The notes below the pieces were generated by a model, which searched no databases, was not told the origin of the DNA, and saw only the letters and a list, made by a program, of their open reading frames with translations. From Cenococcum geophilum (lineage: Eukaryota), in NCBI GenBank assembly GCA_050273025.1, contig CP158635.1:19592001-19656000 (forward strand): a stretch of DNA of 64,000 nt. The letters run 5' to 3'. Shown here piece after piece: positions 1 to 12,200 of this stretch (positions are counted from its first letter, which is position 1; every line of letters starts with the position of its first letter). The position numbers were made by a program, and so were the translations under genes.

Positions 1-2326
1 GTAAAATCCGTTTATACTATAGGGGCCCGTTACTACGTCTGTTTTTCCTTTGGCCTACCTAGGTCTATTCCTTGGTACGTACGGAGCTAGTTCTTAATAT
101 ACTCTAGCTGTCCTTTATTACCGAGCCATAGAAGTACAGGTCTAGGTTAATCGCGCGTCCCCGCTACTAGCCTTCCTTAATTAGATAGATGTATAAATCC
201 TTACAGAATAAGATCCTTTAAGCCTTAACATTCGTGCTCGGTGAAACGGTGACTTCCTCCGCATCTAGAATAGGTCTGCTAGCCTTGTCTTCGTGTGCCT
301 TGCTGACCCTATACGTCCTACTGCGGCCGTCTAAAGGTAGTAAAATCTTACGGATATTGATAGTTTTGCGGATATTAAGAACCTTGCGGATATTGAGAGC
401 CTTGTGGAGGTTAATAGTCTTATAGGATAAAGGGAGCTTAGGTGCTGTTCTGCCAGTCTTCGTACCCTTATGCTAGGCTTTAAACTATAGCCTAGTCTAT
501 AGGTGACTGCTACTACATTAGAGCTCCTCTATGTACACCTAGTCTAGCCGGCTACTAAGTACGGAATTGTTCAACTAGCTGATGAAGGCTCTGCTCCTTG
601 GGGTCTATTTTCGGCAAATAATCTGCGCCCTTATATGAACTAAGCCTGTCCTTTATAGCCCTCTATAGCTAATAGAAGTTAAAGGACTCTTATTTATTAG
701 GATCAGCTTTTGTCTTAGCTATAGTATGTCTTTAATATTTAAGCGGGAGTCCTTTTATAAACTAGTACCCTCACTAAGTGTTCCCTAGATTACCTGCCTC
801 CGTGACCCTTTAGGAGATTAGTGTGAACTGCCTATAGTACTTACGTATACTGCTTGGCGGATTGTCCCTATACTGCCGTATATAGGCTTTTAAGAATTCT
901 ACCGTTTCTATCTATTGAAAATGGTCACTTTCTTAGTATTCTGCCCTAAGCTTTTTTATAAGCTCCGTCCAGTTACTAGCTGTGAATTTAGGTAGGCTTT
1001 GGATTCACATCCCTATCTAGTAATTGCAGTACTCTAGAAGACCCTAGTGCTTCTCTTTGCTCGTGACGTGATATTGGGCGCATAGTCGCTCGTACTGCTT
1101 AATAAACTATAACACGTTCTGTCCTATAAAGTAAGGAGTCCTAACAGTTCCTGGAGCCGGCATAGGTTAAACCATAATGTAGGTCTTGTCTTGAGCTGTT
1201 GACTGCTAGCTGCGTGCATCTAGAGCTTCCTCGGGAGCTTGTAGGTGGTCCTTACGGTTTATATCCTTTGTCTGCTGAGGGTTATCGGTCCTAGGTATTA
1301 CGGGTAAACGCTACGGTAGGTCTGCTTACATGGCCGTAGTCTTGACAGAGGGTGTCCTAGATGGCTGTCCTGGCGGGACCTTGATAGGTATATGCTGCGG
1401 CTGGTCTACTTGTACAGCTATATCCCTAACGGAGGGTACCTACTTCTTGGCGCCTAAGGGGGGGTCTCCCTGGGAGAGCACGGAGTCTTTATTATCTATT
1501 ACCACTGGGTCTTAATACGCCCGTCTGTTTTGGCCTGCCGTTGCTCCGCGCGGTAGGGTGCTACTAAGCCTTACGCTTCTGCTTATATCTACCTCTTTGC
1601 GGAACGCCTTTAGAGCTACTGCTAATATAATCCGGACGACTTAAAAGAGGATAAAGCTAAGCCAGAATAGGAAGCTTTTAAGGACAGATCCGATCTCGTG
1701 TGCTTACAACCTTACTCGGTATTATGTCCCTTATTTGTGAATAGCAGTACTAACTTTCTTTACCGCTAGATACCTTAGATCTCGTTTCCATCTAATTAAT
1801 TGGCCCTTAGCTTATTGTCTTTACATCTTTAATAAAGGTCTGGCTATGCTTGGTAGTAGATCTCGGTAATTTTAACCGCCGGTTAAAGCTGTTTAATTGG
1901 CTCGCTGGTTCGCCTAACGTCTTAGTATGTAACTATTCGAGACCCTACTTTTTCTGTGACTACGTGGATAACTAAGTTAGTAACTAAGTCAAGGTGGTAA
2001 AGAAATCTGATTTAGGTTAATAGACCTATAGTCTTTTGCTTCTTATTGCTACTCTTTAGCCTATACGTTGAGTTTGGCTGTTCTGTCTTTTTCCGGTACT
2101 GCCTGGTTCCCCTTATTATTTGATATTGCCTGGTTCTCTTCTACTATCTCATCTATCTAGCTGGCGGTTCTTCTATAGTCGTAGTATTTTTCTGCGTATC
2201 TCCTGTGTATCTCCTATATATATAGCACTAGACTTCTAATCTAAAGAGCTTGCCGTCGTCTCTATGTGGAATGCCATAAAATATATGGGAGGGTACGACC
2301 TCTCTAAGATGGGAAAGTCACAGTGC

Positions 2327-2535
2327 TGTCAGTCTGTCTGTCGGTCGGTCGGTCGGTCGGTCGGTCGGTCGGTCGGTCGGTCGGTCGGTCAGTCAGTTAT
2401 AATTAGTCAGTAAGAAAGAAAGAAAAGAGTGTATTTCCAGTAACTGGTAAGGTCGTGATATGTATATGTATATATGATAGAGGGAAGAAGGAAGGAAGCC
2501 GAAGGCTCTATAAATATAGGAAAAATGCTAAGACA
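2327..2535 (-). repeat. Putative 5' LTR (209 bp) of the partial gypsy element
   Basis: It begins TGTC and ends GACA (inverted termini) immediately upstream of the gag region. The partner LTR is outside the window, so the call is unconfirmed. Confidence 0.55.
2336..2395. repeat. (TCGG)n microsatellite
   Basis: About 12 perfect TCGG units flanked by TCTG/TCAG variants. Confidence 0.95.
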
Positions 2536-2699
2536 GTAGGCGACGTCCAATCTACACCACCACAATATTATTAAGAGGCGGCTACTATTACTATCGCTGC
2601 TTTAGGTACTATTGCTACTAATATCCTAGCTTACCACAATTTTTATAGTTCCCCTTAGGTTAGGTTAAACCCCTAGCGGTATTATTTTACCCCGCCGTT

Positions 2700-3700
2700 A
2701 TATCGCTAGTAGTAGTTTTAAAGTCTGCTTTCCCTAAGTTACCTAACGGGGTAGTCTTTATATTTAAGCTTATGGCGCGCCTATTACTTCTAGCTTATAG
2801 GGCGCTTGCGCTCTTCTAGTTTTCCTTCAATAGGGCAGCTAGGGAAACTAGCTAATCTTAAGTTTATAGAAATTCCTAATAGTTAGTAACCGTAAGCTGT
2901 AGCTCTAGCCATAGCTTTACAAATAAATATATTATTAGATACTTTACCTTATAAAAAGGGTTAATTTATACTTTTAAGGAGATTAGGTAAGTAGTAAACT
3001 TATTTATAGGTTAATTAGTTCGCTGTATTGCCTTTATATATATTAGGGCTATATTAAGTTCTTAATTAATAGGACTTTTAATCTAGTTAAGTAGGAATTC
3101 TATTAGCTTTTTTTAGGTAAACTATATATCTAGATAGTTATCTTTATATTATAGCTAAAGGGTTCTATTAGTCCCCTTTATATATTATATAGTAAACATA
3201 ACTTTAATATCCTTATTCGCGAAGGCATTAGCCTCTAGGCGGAATACTAGCTTTAAGCTATTGCGGAAGTCTTAGTGCTCTTATATAGTCTTACTATAAT
3301 ATAAAGCAATCTTCTCTATTTTAACGGCCCGCTTTAATAGAGCGCCTATTATATTAGTGGCCTTCTACTTAAGGTTTAGATGCATTAAGCTACTATTTAA
3401 GTACTCTAATAGGATGCTTTAAGGTAGTAGATCTAGGTTAAAAACGGAAGTTAACGTTACCTTGCTATATTAACGCCGTCTTAACATTTCTACCTCCTCC
3501 CTAAGTAACTATAGTTTTCCTTACTCTAGGAGTTATAGCTTCTAATTCTCTAGCCGTTATATTTCTTCCTATATAATATCCTTACCTATAGCTTTTAGTT
3601 CTGTCCGGAACCTAGGTCCGCCTATATTATTATAGGGCTAATCCCTAAACTTAGTACTACGCACTACGCTAACATTACGCCTATGTCTCGGCATTAGGTT
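2700..3700 (-). pseudogene. RIPed retrotransposon gag-like ORF with no adjacent pol
   Basis: Minus strand reads YYSKTI*EH*DFRNSLKLVFRLEANAFANKDIKVMFTI*YIKG...FT*KKLIEFLLN...KFTTYLISLK...LFVKL.LELQ. This resembles fungal retrotransposon gag after reversing C>T and G>A changes. Boundaries are approximate. Confidence 0.55.
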
Positions 3701-3989
3701 AATAGGCTATAATATTGTTAATAACTATAGGTCGTCTTTTTAATAGAGGGCTGTTGCTATATAGTCGCAGCCTTAGCAAACCACTAGGTTGCTAGGCCGC
3801 TACCCCTAAAAAGAATAAGAATTTAGAACTGTTAGGACGCTAAGGCCCTAAGGGTATATAGTAACGTAATAATAGTAGCGGAATGCAATAGGTATCTGGT
3901 TCTTAATAAAGTAGAACTATAAAACTAAATTCTACTATTCTTTAGTGCGGGGCAACTACGTTTTATAGGCGCCTTGCCTACGCTAAGCC

Positions 3990-4700
3990 GGTTATAGTAA
4001 GTACGTCTTTATAGCCTAATACTTTTTAAGCCCTTTAATATTATAGCCGCTAGTAATTATAAATAGACCTTAATTAATAAAGTTAACGTATTAAATCTAG
4101 TCTTTATTATAGTAGACGCTATCTAATACCACTAAAAGCTTTACCCCCTATAGCGGCTATAAGGTTTTACCTTTTAATTACTATATATAAAGCTTAGTAA
4201 TAGTAAAGACGTAGCTATTTATAACTAAGTATTAGACTATCTCGTTAAATAGGACGTCTAAGGCCTCCTTATCCCATATCTTCCCTTCCTCCTTTATAGT
4301 TTCCTCCTCTATAACCGCGACTGCCTCTATAGCTGCTTTTTTCCCTAGCTACCCTTTTACCTACTTAGCCGTCTTCTACCTTTCTTTACCCTCTTACTAT
4401 ATTTCTATATCTCTTTTTATTTTAACTTACATTTTTAATAGCTAGTAACCTATAATTCTTAGTTAATAACTCACTGCTTTAAAAATAGGTAAAGTTTATC
4501 TTTTATTACCTAGGCGCCGTTTATATTACCTTCTAGTCTTATATACTAGTTTTTCTACTCTTTTTACTTTAGCTTATACGCCCTTATTATATTCTTTAAG
4601 CGCTAAGCCTTATAAATATTCTATATCCAAGCTGTTTAGGCCTTAAATTTACTTTAAAGGCTATAGAAGGAGAAGAAGGCTAGAGGGGCTTCCTTTAACT
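3990..4700 (-). pseudogene. N-terminal fragment of a CryptonF/Ndc10-like tyrosine recombinase ORF, RIPed
   Basis: Minus strand reads RLKNIIRAYKLK*KE*KN*Y...G...G..V.KDKLYLFL (de-RIPed approximately RPKNTTRAYEPKQKEWEDWC...DG..VTEDKLCLFL), then VINSYV..I.KLY and D.I..VNFIN*GLF.ITSGY (approximately FIDRG..T..SGY). These are motifs I recognise from fungal Crypton proteins. The catalytic region is not seen. Confidence 0.65.
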
Positions 4701-7700
4701 ATAAAGTATACTATAGAATAAGAAGTTTTTTAAAAGACTTTATATTTATAAGAGGTAAGAGAGAGTTATATAAAGCGTAGTATAGGTAAATAAAGCTACT
4801 AAACGCGTAAATATTAAAGGAGGAGAAGAAAAGGGCTCTATATAAGCTAGCGCAGGTATAGAGGCTAGTAACTAAAGTTTTTGCACCTTCCCAATTAGGA
4901 AGTATAGCTCACCGCCTACCGGCAGAACATGAAATTTAGCCCTAGCCGCATTAAAATTGTACTTAAAGCTTTGAACGAAAGGCAATATATATAGATTTAA
5001 TGGACTAATTAATAAGCTAACTATTTAGAAGGTGTTTAGCTTTGCGTAGGCGTAGCTTTCGGCTCTATGGAGGCTTAGAAAGGTCCCCCACTAGTTAAGT
5101 AGAGTCCCCTGCATGCTTAATTCGCTGCCGTCTTTCTGCCTTCTTCGAAATCTTCTATATAGAGCTTTAGTGTAGAGACTCTGGCGGAGGCTCTGCAGGA
5201 GGCTTTATAAAGCTTAAATCTACGTTAATAGAGCTTAATCTAACGTTAATTAACCTGCTAGTAGAGCTTCTGCTCTTATCTACGGTCTTATTAAAGGTAG
5301 TAGTAGAGCCCTTTTTCCTTACCCACTTCCTTATTAGCTAATTAATTATATTCCACCTAGTATCTACCTTATAGTATTAAACTTCCTTTTACCGCCGCTC
5401 TGGCTGCTGCTGAACTTAAGGCTCTATAAAGCCGACTTTAAACGCTACCTTCTTTAAGTTTCTGCCCTTTATATCTAGTCGGTTCTGAATTAATTAAGGC
5501 TATAGTGGGGGAGGCTTAAGTGGAGGAGGCTTAAAGGTAGCCGTTGGCTAAGGGCGAGGCTGGTTAGGTACCTATATGGCCTATTAGCGGCGGTAAAGCT
5601 TTAGGGTATAAATTTGGTATAGAGACTTGATATCCATTAAGGCGTTTAGTAGATAAGGTCCTATTTGCATATGCTGCGAAAGTTCTAGTAGCTAAGGCTT
5701 CCTAAATAGAGGCTTATTCGGATTAATATAATTAAGGCTTAAAAGCACCTGCTGTCGCATATAATTAATTACTTGGCGGCAATATTAATTTATCTATTTA
5801 AGCGCCTTCCAATCTCTTATATCATTAGCAGCACCCTTATAATATTCGTTGCCTCCTTTGTAGCGAATAACCTCTTAAATATAATGTGGAATTCGCTCTA
5901 TCTAAGCTTAAATCCGCCACTGTTTAAGCTCATCCTATGCCTTCTACCAAACTCGCTTAGCTTTTGCTTAATTCTTTAATACACCCTTCTTTGTAGTAAC
6001 TTGTTTGAGGTAGTACTAGTGTTACAAACGCTTTAAGTACGATGTTACAACTACTTGGAGAAGAGACGGAAGAAGCTAGTTGGTTGATTTAGGCACGGTT
6101 TAGGATAGAGCCGATAGAACTATATGATGAGGAATAATAACCGAGGTTATATAACATGCTACGTATTAAATGAGAGGAACAAGAGGAACTTACGTACCTT
6201 ACGTATAAGACGTACATCACGTATAAGAAGGATTTTATAGGAGTATGGTTGTGTATTTAAGGATCCTTAATCCCTACCTAGATAGTTTCTTCCTTATAGT
6301 AATTCTTAGAATACAATTGGAGTTAATCTATTAGGTAACCACTCTACTAGTTATTATTACGTTAACGTCTTTTATACTTACATTTCCTATATACCTAGCC
6401 TATTAACGAGCCCATTATAGTTCTTACTACAAGGTTCCGTTATATAATCACTACCTAGTTACGGTATTAAGTACAGAAAGTCGGATAATATGCCACCAAA
6501 AGCAGCCACCATAACGCCATCGACGGCGGCAACTACTTTAAGGTTAGGTAACGACACTAGTATAGCAGACACTAACTTATAGCAACCTATAACGGTCGGA
6601 CAACTATAAGAGATAGTTAACCAGCTAACAGAAAATAATATAACGTTAGAAAACAGGATTAATGGGATAGGCGTAGCAAAGGTTAAGTTACTATTAATTA
6701 AAAGATTCTCAGGGGAGAAATTAAAGCTTAAAGGATTCCTTACGTAAATGCATTTTAAGGTTACGTAAGAGGGAGCAAAGCTAGTAACACCTATAGATTA
6801 AATAGCGTACGCAGGATTGTTCTTAACAGGAAGGGCACTTAAATAGTTTAAGCCTTACCTTACGGAAATATAGGCGAATGGAATAATAACTACAAACTAA
6901 GAAGTACGGTTTATGTTTTTAAGTTAAAACGGATTTATGGAATAACTTATATAAATATTCGGAGACCTAGAGGTAGTAACTATAGTAGAAAGAAAACTCT
7001 AAGACATTACGTAATAAACCTTAGCGATTAAGTATATAATGTAGTTCCAGACGTTAGCAATATAAGTAGAGTGGAATAATAGGGCGCTTATAGCATAGTA
7101 TAAATAGGGACTTAAGGCTAAAGTCTAGGACGTAATTATTCTAATAGAAGATACGGACACCCTAAGGGAACTAATAGATTAAGCGATTAAGATTAATAAT
7201 TAGATCTACTAAAGGGAATAGGCTAAGAGAGGCTAGGATAGAATTCTATAGTTATATAAGGCGTAAAGTACGCAACGACTAAAGCTAAGTTAGAAACCGT
7301 AGTATGGCGTAGAGCTAATGGACCTAAGTAGTACTAAAGAAGCCTATAAGAGATGGAGTAAGAGACTATAAAAACCTAGGGGATAAAGATTAAGTAATTA
7401 AAGGCCTAAGGAGCAGAGGCTAAACTAGGGATCTTAGTAGCAGAAGACGTTTAGGCGGACTTTATAATAAGAAAAATGGTTTAAAGAGGGAGCTTATATA
7501 AATTGCGGAAAATAAGGTTATTATAGCAGAGACTATAAAAGTGGGTAAAGTTACTACGCAGTAAAAGGTATAAGACTAGTAGACGATATATACGTATAGA
7601 GGGACAATAATATACTACAAGGAACAAAAGAATGTTTAATTAGAAGTTTTACGTTTTATTATAATAACGCATACCAAATTTACAAGAACGCTAAGTACGG

Positions 7701-9246
7701 CGTAAGCTATTAGCTATAGGAGCTAAGTTTATTAAAATATTAAGGAACTAACGAACTAGTTCGTAGATTAAACATTAAAGACGATAAATTTAATGTAGGC
7801 GAAATATTTTATAATAATAAGGCAATAAGAGCGGTTTACTGGGAATATGCAGCCATTAGAGATATTATACTAGAGGTAGAGGATAATTCCACTATAGAAT
7901 AGGGAACATTAGTAGGGATCGAAACCCCACTAGATACAATATCTATCGCTTTATAAGATGCAAGAGAAGTAGGACAGCGAGCTACTTTAGCACTTAATAA
8001 AGGCAAAAGGCCACAAGCTTAAGATTCTTAAGATAAGATACAAGACAACTAAGATTCTTAAGAAGAGATAAGGTAAGCTTAAGGACCTATAACGGACGCT
8101 AACTAATGGAGTAGAGTAATAGCTTAGTTTAAGGATATACGAATAAGCTCGGGATAGAGTTTCCTATAGGCATAAGATTCTTAAAACGAGATGAGTGAGA
8201 TTTAAGACTCTTAAGACGAGATAAGAACACTAAGTAAGCCTAGTTGGACTAAGGCTAGAGCTAAGCTTAAGCTGGAAGCAAGCTTAGGATTAAAGAATCT
8301 AAGGGGTTAAGAATTTGGAGTGCGAATAAAGACACCCACAAATAAGAGGCAAGAGGCTTCTTTATAGATTAGGGAATCTGCAGTATAAATAATAGTTAGA
8401 CTAGGAGACAGATATATAGACCTAGAGGACTTACTAGGGGAACACAGTATTCGGCCTAAAGATTGAAAAGTCGATACCAAGATTAAGAAGTAGGAAAACT
8501 TTAAGAATTAGTCTACAAGATATAAACCAAAAGAAACTATAGAAGAATTTAGGCAAAGAATTATCGCATAGTAAGAACAAAAACTAGATAAGAGATCTAG
8601 TATATTAGGACGTATAAGGGATAGAGTACTAGTATAAAGAATTACTAATAGGCCTAAGGTAGGTACGCTAAGAGCTAAGTAACTTACTAAATTAGAAGAT
8701 AAAGAGGATCTAGGGATCCCAACTAGGTTTAAAGAACGATATATAAAAGGATGTTATAATATAGTAATAAGAAGATACTTCCTTACGGATAAGCCGTATA
8801 TACTCTAATAGCTATACTAAAAGTGGTATAGACAGCGACATAATAACGAGTGGGAAGATTTCTATATGTGGTTAGATAAAAAAGTTATTTAAGACTACCC
8901 AATTATAGAGAAGGCCATAACTTATATTAAAGGAGCCTTAATTATAACGTTAAAGAATCTAGAGGAATGATTAGAGGACTAGAGAAGTAAGAGACGCATT
9001 TTAATACCTGCGAATAAAGTTATAACGTTTAGATTAGCATAATAGAGGTTTAAACTTAAGAATAAAGACGAGCTAAGAGTTAACCTAAAGCACCTAGTAT
9101 ACTATACGCTATTATAGATCGTATACGTAGATAATATATGCGAGATATATAAGAATCCGAAAGAAAAGAATCGGAAATACCCTATAAGGATATACTGGAT
9201 AATAGATAAGTAATAGTATAGAAATGCTAAATATATATATAGATGG

Positions 9247-12200
9247 TGTTATAGAGTAAGTATAAGCGACGATAATATATAGCAAGGTAGATATTATTAA
9301 GCTATGTACATGAACTATATAAGGAGGTCAAGACGTTATATAAGGAAAGAAGGTAGGAGAACGGGAAGAAAGGGTATATATCGTTAACTTAGTTGCTTAG
9401 TTAACACGTATATGGGCAAAATAGGGTTTAGGTCGTAGTCCTGGCAGAACTTAATAGAATTTAGTAGAACTTGGCAGAATATGGCAGAATGCCGTAGATT
9501 GCCGTTAGATTGCTATTTCACGGTTAGTTTCTAATTGCTAAGTTAGTAGAAATAGGTGGACGTGTGCAAGGTGTTACGGGGGTGTCCTATAACAGTACCC
9601 CCCCTTTAAACTTAAGCTTTTGCGAGATAGGGCTATAGTAGTTCTAGGTAGAGTTCGTGAAAGTCTTTTGCGGCTTATATAAGTCCTATAGAGTTAACGG
9701 GTTCCTATAAGGACTTAGTAAAGCCTCTCCATTTTATAAGATATATATATTAGCGTTTCCGTTTATCGTACTTAATATCATTAATTCTTTTAATAAAGTA
9801 CTTGTTCTTACTATCTACTTCAACTAGTAGGGGAGGTTCTTATATCTGTTTAGGCAGGGCGTCTAATATAGGGGTAGTAGGGTGGAGGACTAACGTATGG
9901 AATACGGGGTGGATTTTAACCGTATTAGGGAGCTTCAGTTGGTAGGTATAAGGAGAGATAACCTTTTCAACCTTATAAGGGCCAGCGTTCTTTTAATTAA
10001 GTTTCTTAGTAGGTTGTTTCGTGTTTAGATTTCTTATATCTAGCCAAATAAAATTACTAATTTAGTAGGCCGGTGCTGGGGTTTATTTCTTATTCGCTAC
10101 GGCTTTATAGACAGATTAAGCCTATATTATCTTATTAGTAAGGAACTGTTATAGTTCCTCTATCTTCTTTATAAATTTATTTACTTCTATAACTTATAAG
10201 GCGTAATAAGCGGGGTAAGGAATATTACTAAAGGGTTCAAAACCTATTTATAGGTACTAGCCGTAATTAGCTAGGAACGGGGAGACTTTCGTGGTTTCTA
10301 AGACGGAATTATTTATAGTAAACTCAGCAAATATGAGCTAGTTAATCCAGTTATCCTATAAATACGACGTATATATCCAAATATACTATTCTATTATAGC
10401 ATTTACGCGTTCTATTTGGCCATCCGTTTCTAGGTAATACGCAGTAGATAATAGTGCTTTAATATAGAGTTAAGTAGTTAGTTCTTTCTAGAATGCTAAG
10501 ACAAACTAGCTGCCTTTATCGGAGATAATTATTTTAGGGAGTCCGTGGAGTTTCTATACGTAATCTAGGAATAATTAGGTAACGGTAGGCATTAACATAT
10601 TAGGGTAGGCGATTAAGTATCTTATTTTAGATAGTCGGTTTATAACTACTATAATGTTTATGCAGCCTCTACTCTTAGAAAGGTTAATAATAAAGTTAAT
10701 TAAGATATCCTTTTATCTTCGGTCCGGAACAGGTAGTGGCTTTAAAAGGCTGTTATACGTCTTATGCGAGGCCTTAGCTTATTAGTAGGTGTGGCAGCTA
10801 GAGACATACCTTCGTGTTATATTATATATATTCGGCCAATAATACTCCCGTTAGAGTAGTTCTAGGGTCTTTTTTTAGCCTGGGTGGCCAGCAATAGGTA
10901 GATTATGTACGTGTTTAAGGAGTTTAAGCTTAAGCTTATCGTAATTAGGGATAACTAGACAGTTTTAGTAATACAAGCGGTTTCCGTAAGCTTCGCATTT
11001 ACTTAGAGAAATCTTTTTAGAGCGTCTGATGCCATCTTATATTAGCTTAAGCATCTCTTAGATAAACTTATTATTTGGGTATTCGTTAACTATAATCTAT
11101 TTAATTAATCAATTAGTTATTTTAAGGACGTATACTATAAGATCTTTAGTAGGAGGGTTAAATAGTTTAGGGCGAAGTAGGGTCTAATTTTGGTAAGAGC
11201 GCGCTTCTTCTAGGGCTAGCGCGTCTTGCGAGCCTTAGGTTAGGGCATTAGGCTTCTAACCTTAGACGCCTAAGCGGTATATAATTAAGAATCGGAAACG
11301 AGACAGATATTCTAACTAGCGGGCCTAATAATGACTTAGCTGTTTTGTAGTTATAAAGTATTATAGGTTCTTATAGTTGCTAAGGACCTTAATTGGAAAT
11401 CTAGCGCCTTCTAGTTTGGGTTGCCATTATTTAAAATATCTAATAATAGCTAACAATTCCTTATCGTAGATCTCATAGTTGCATTCGGCTAGGCTTAGTT
11501 ATTTTAAGAAGTATACTACAGGGTGTAATACTCTATCCTCGTTATATTAAGATAGGATGCCTCCAGTAACGTAGTTAGATAAGTTGGCTTCTATAATACT
11601 TATTTAGTTTGGGTTAAAGTATTAGAGCATGGGCGCAGTAATAAATATAACCTTTAGATAGGTAAAGGCCTTTTTATATTTCTTATTAAAGATAAAGACT
11701 TTATCCTTTTGGGTTAGAGCTATAAGGGGTAAAGCTAGGGCGGAGAAGTTATTAATAAACCGTTGGTAGAAATTAGCGAATTCTATAAAGGCTCTTACAT
11801 CCTTAACGTTCTTAGGTTCTTGCCAGTTTACAATTACTTCGATTTTCTTTAGGTCTATTTATATACCGTTCGTAGAAATAAGGAGTCTAAGGTATAGGAC
11901 TTCCGTTTTATGGAACTCGTATTTATCTATATCTAATTATAAACCAGCTCTGTGCAGGGCTTATAGGACAAGGTTAATATATTTCCGATATTCGGTTAGG
12001 TTATTACTATATATTAGGATGTCGTTAATATAAGCAGTATAGAAGATGTCTAGGTAGGGGCGCAGGGTGTTATTTATACAATGTTAAAACGAGCTTAGAG
12101 TGTTTACGAGGCTAAAGGGTGTTACTAAATACTTAAATAGTCCATATTAGGTACGAAATGTAATAAGCTATTTGTCCCCTTTTATAATATAGAGACGGTT

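Larger units (their letters stand above)
1..2535 (-). mobile_element. 5' part (LTR + gag) of a RIPed Ty3/gypsy LTR retrotransposon, continuing beyond the window start
   Basis: Minus-strand translation gives gag-like MPAPGTVRTPYF.GQNV..FIKQYERLCAQYHV (~1070-1165) and a degenerate zinc knuckle SRCGGSHRFTEHEC followed by LKDLIL.GFIH..N.GRL (~170-270). Many TAA/TAG stops are typical of RIP. The candidate LTR TGTC...GACA lies at 2327-2535. Confidence 0.7.

Noticed and set aside
3990..4700. Possible Starship captain (tyrosine recombinase)
   Set aside because: The motifs fit Crypton/Ndc10-like proteins rather than DUF3435 captains, and there is no intact recombinase or Starship cargo signature in the window.
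9440..9515. Short 10-11-bp repeats (GGCAGAACTT, GATTGCCGTTA), also at ~14990-15085
   Set aside because: They are internal LTR minisatellites without unique spacers in a eukaryotic context, so not CRISPR-like.
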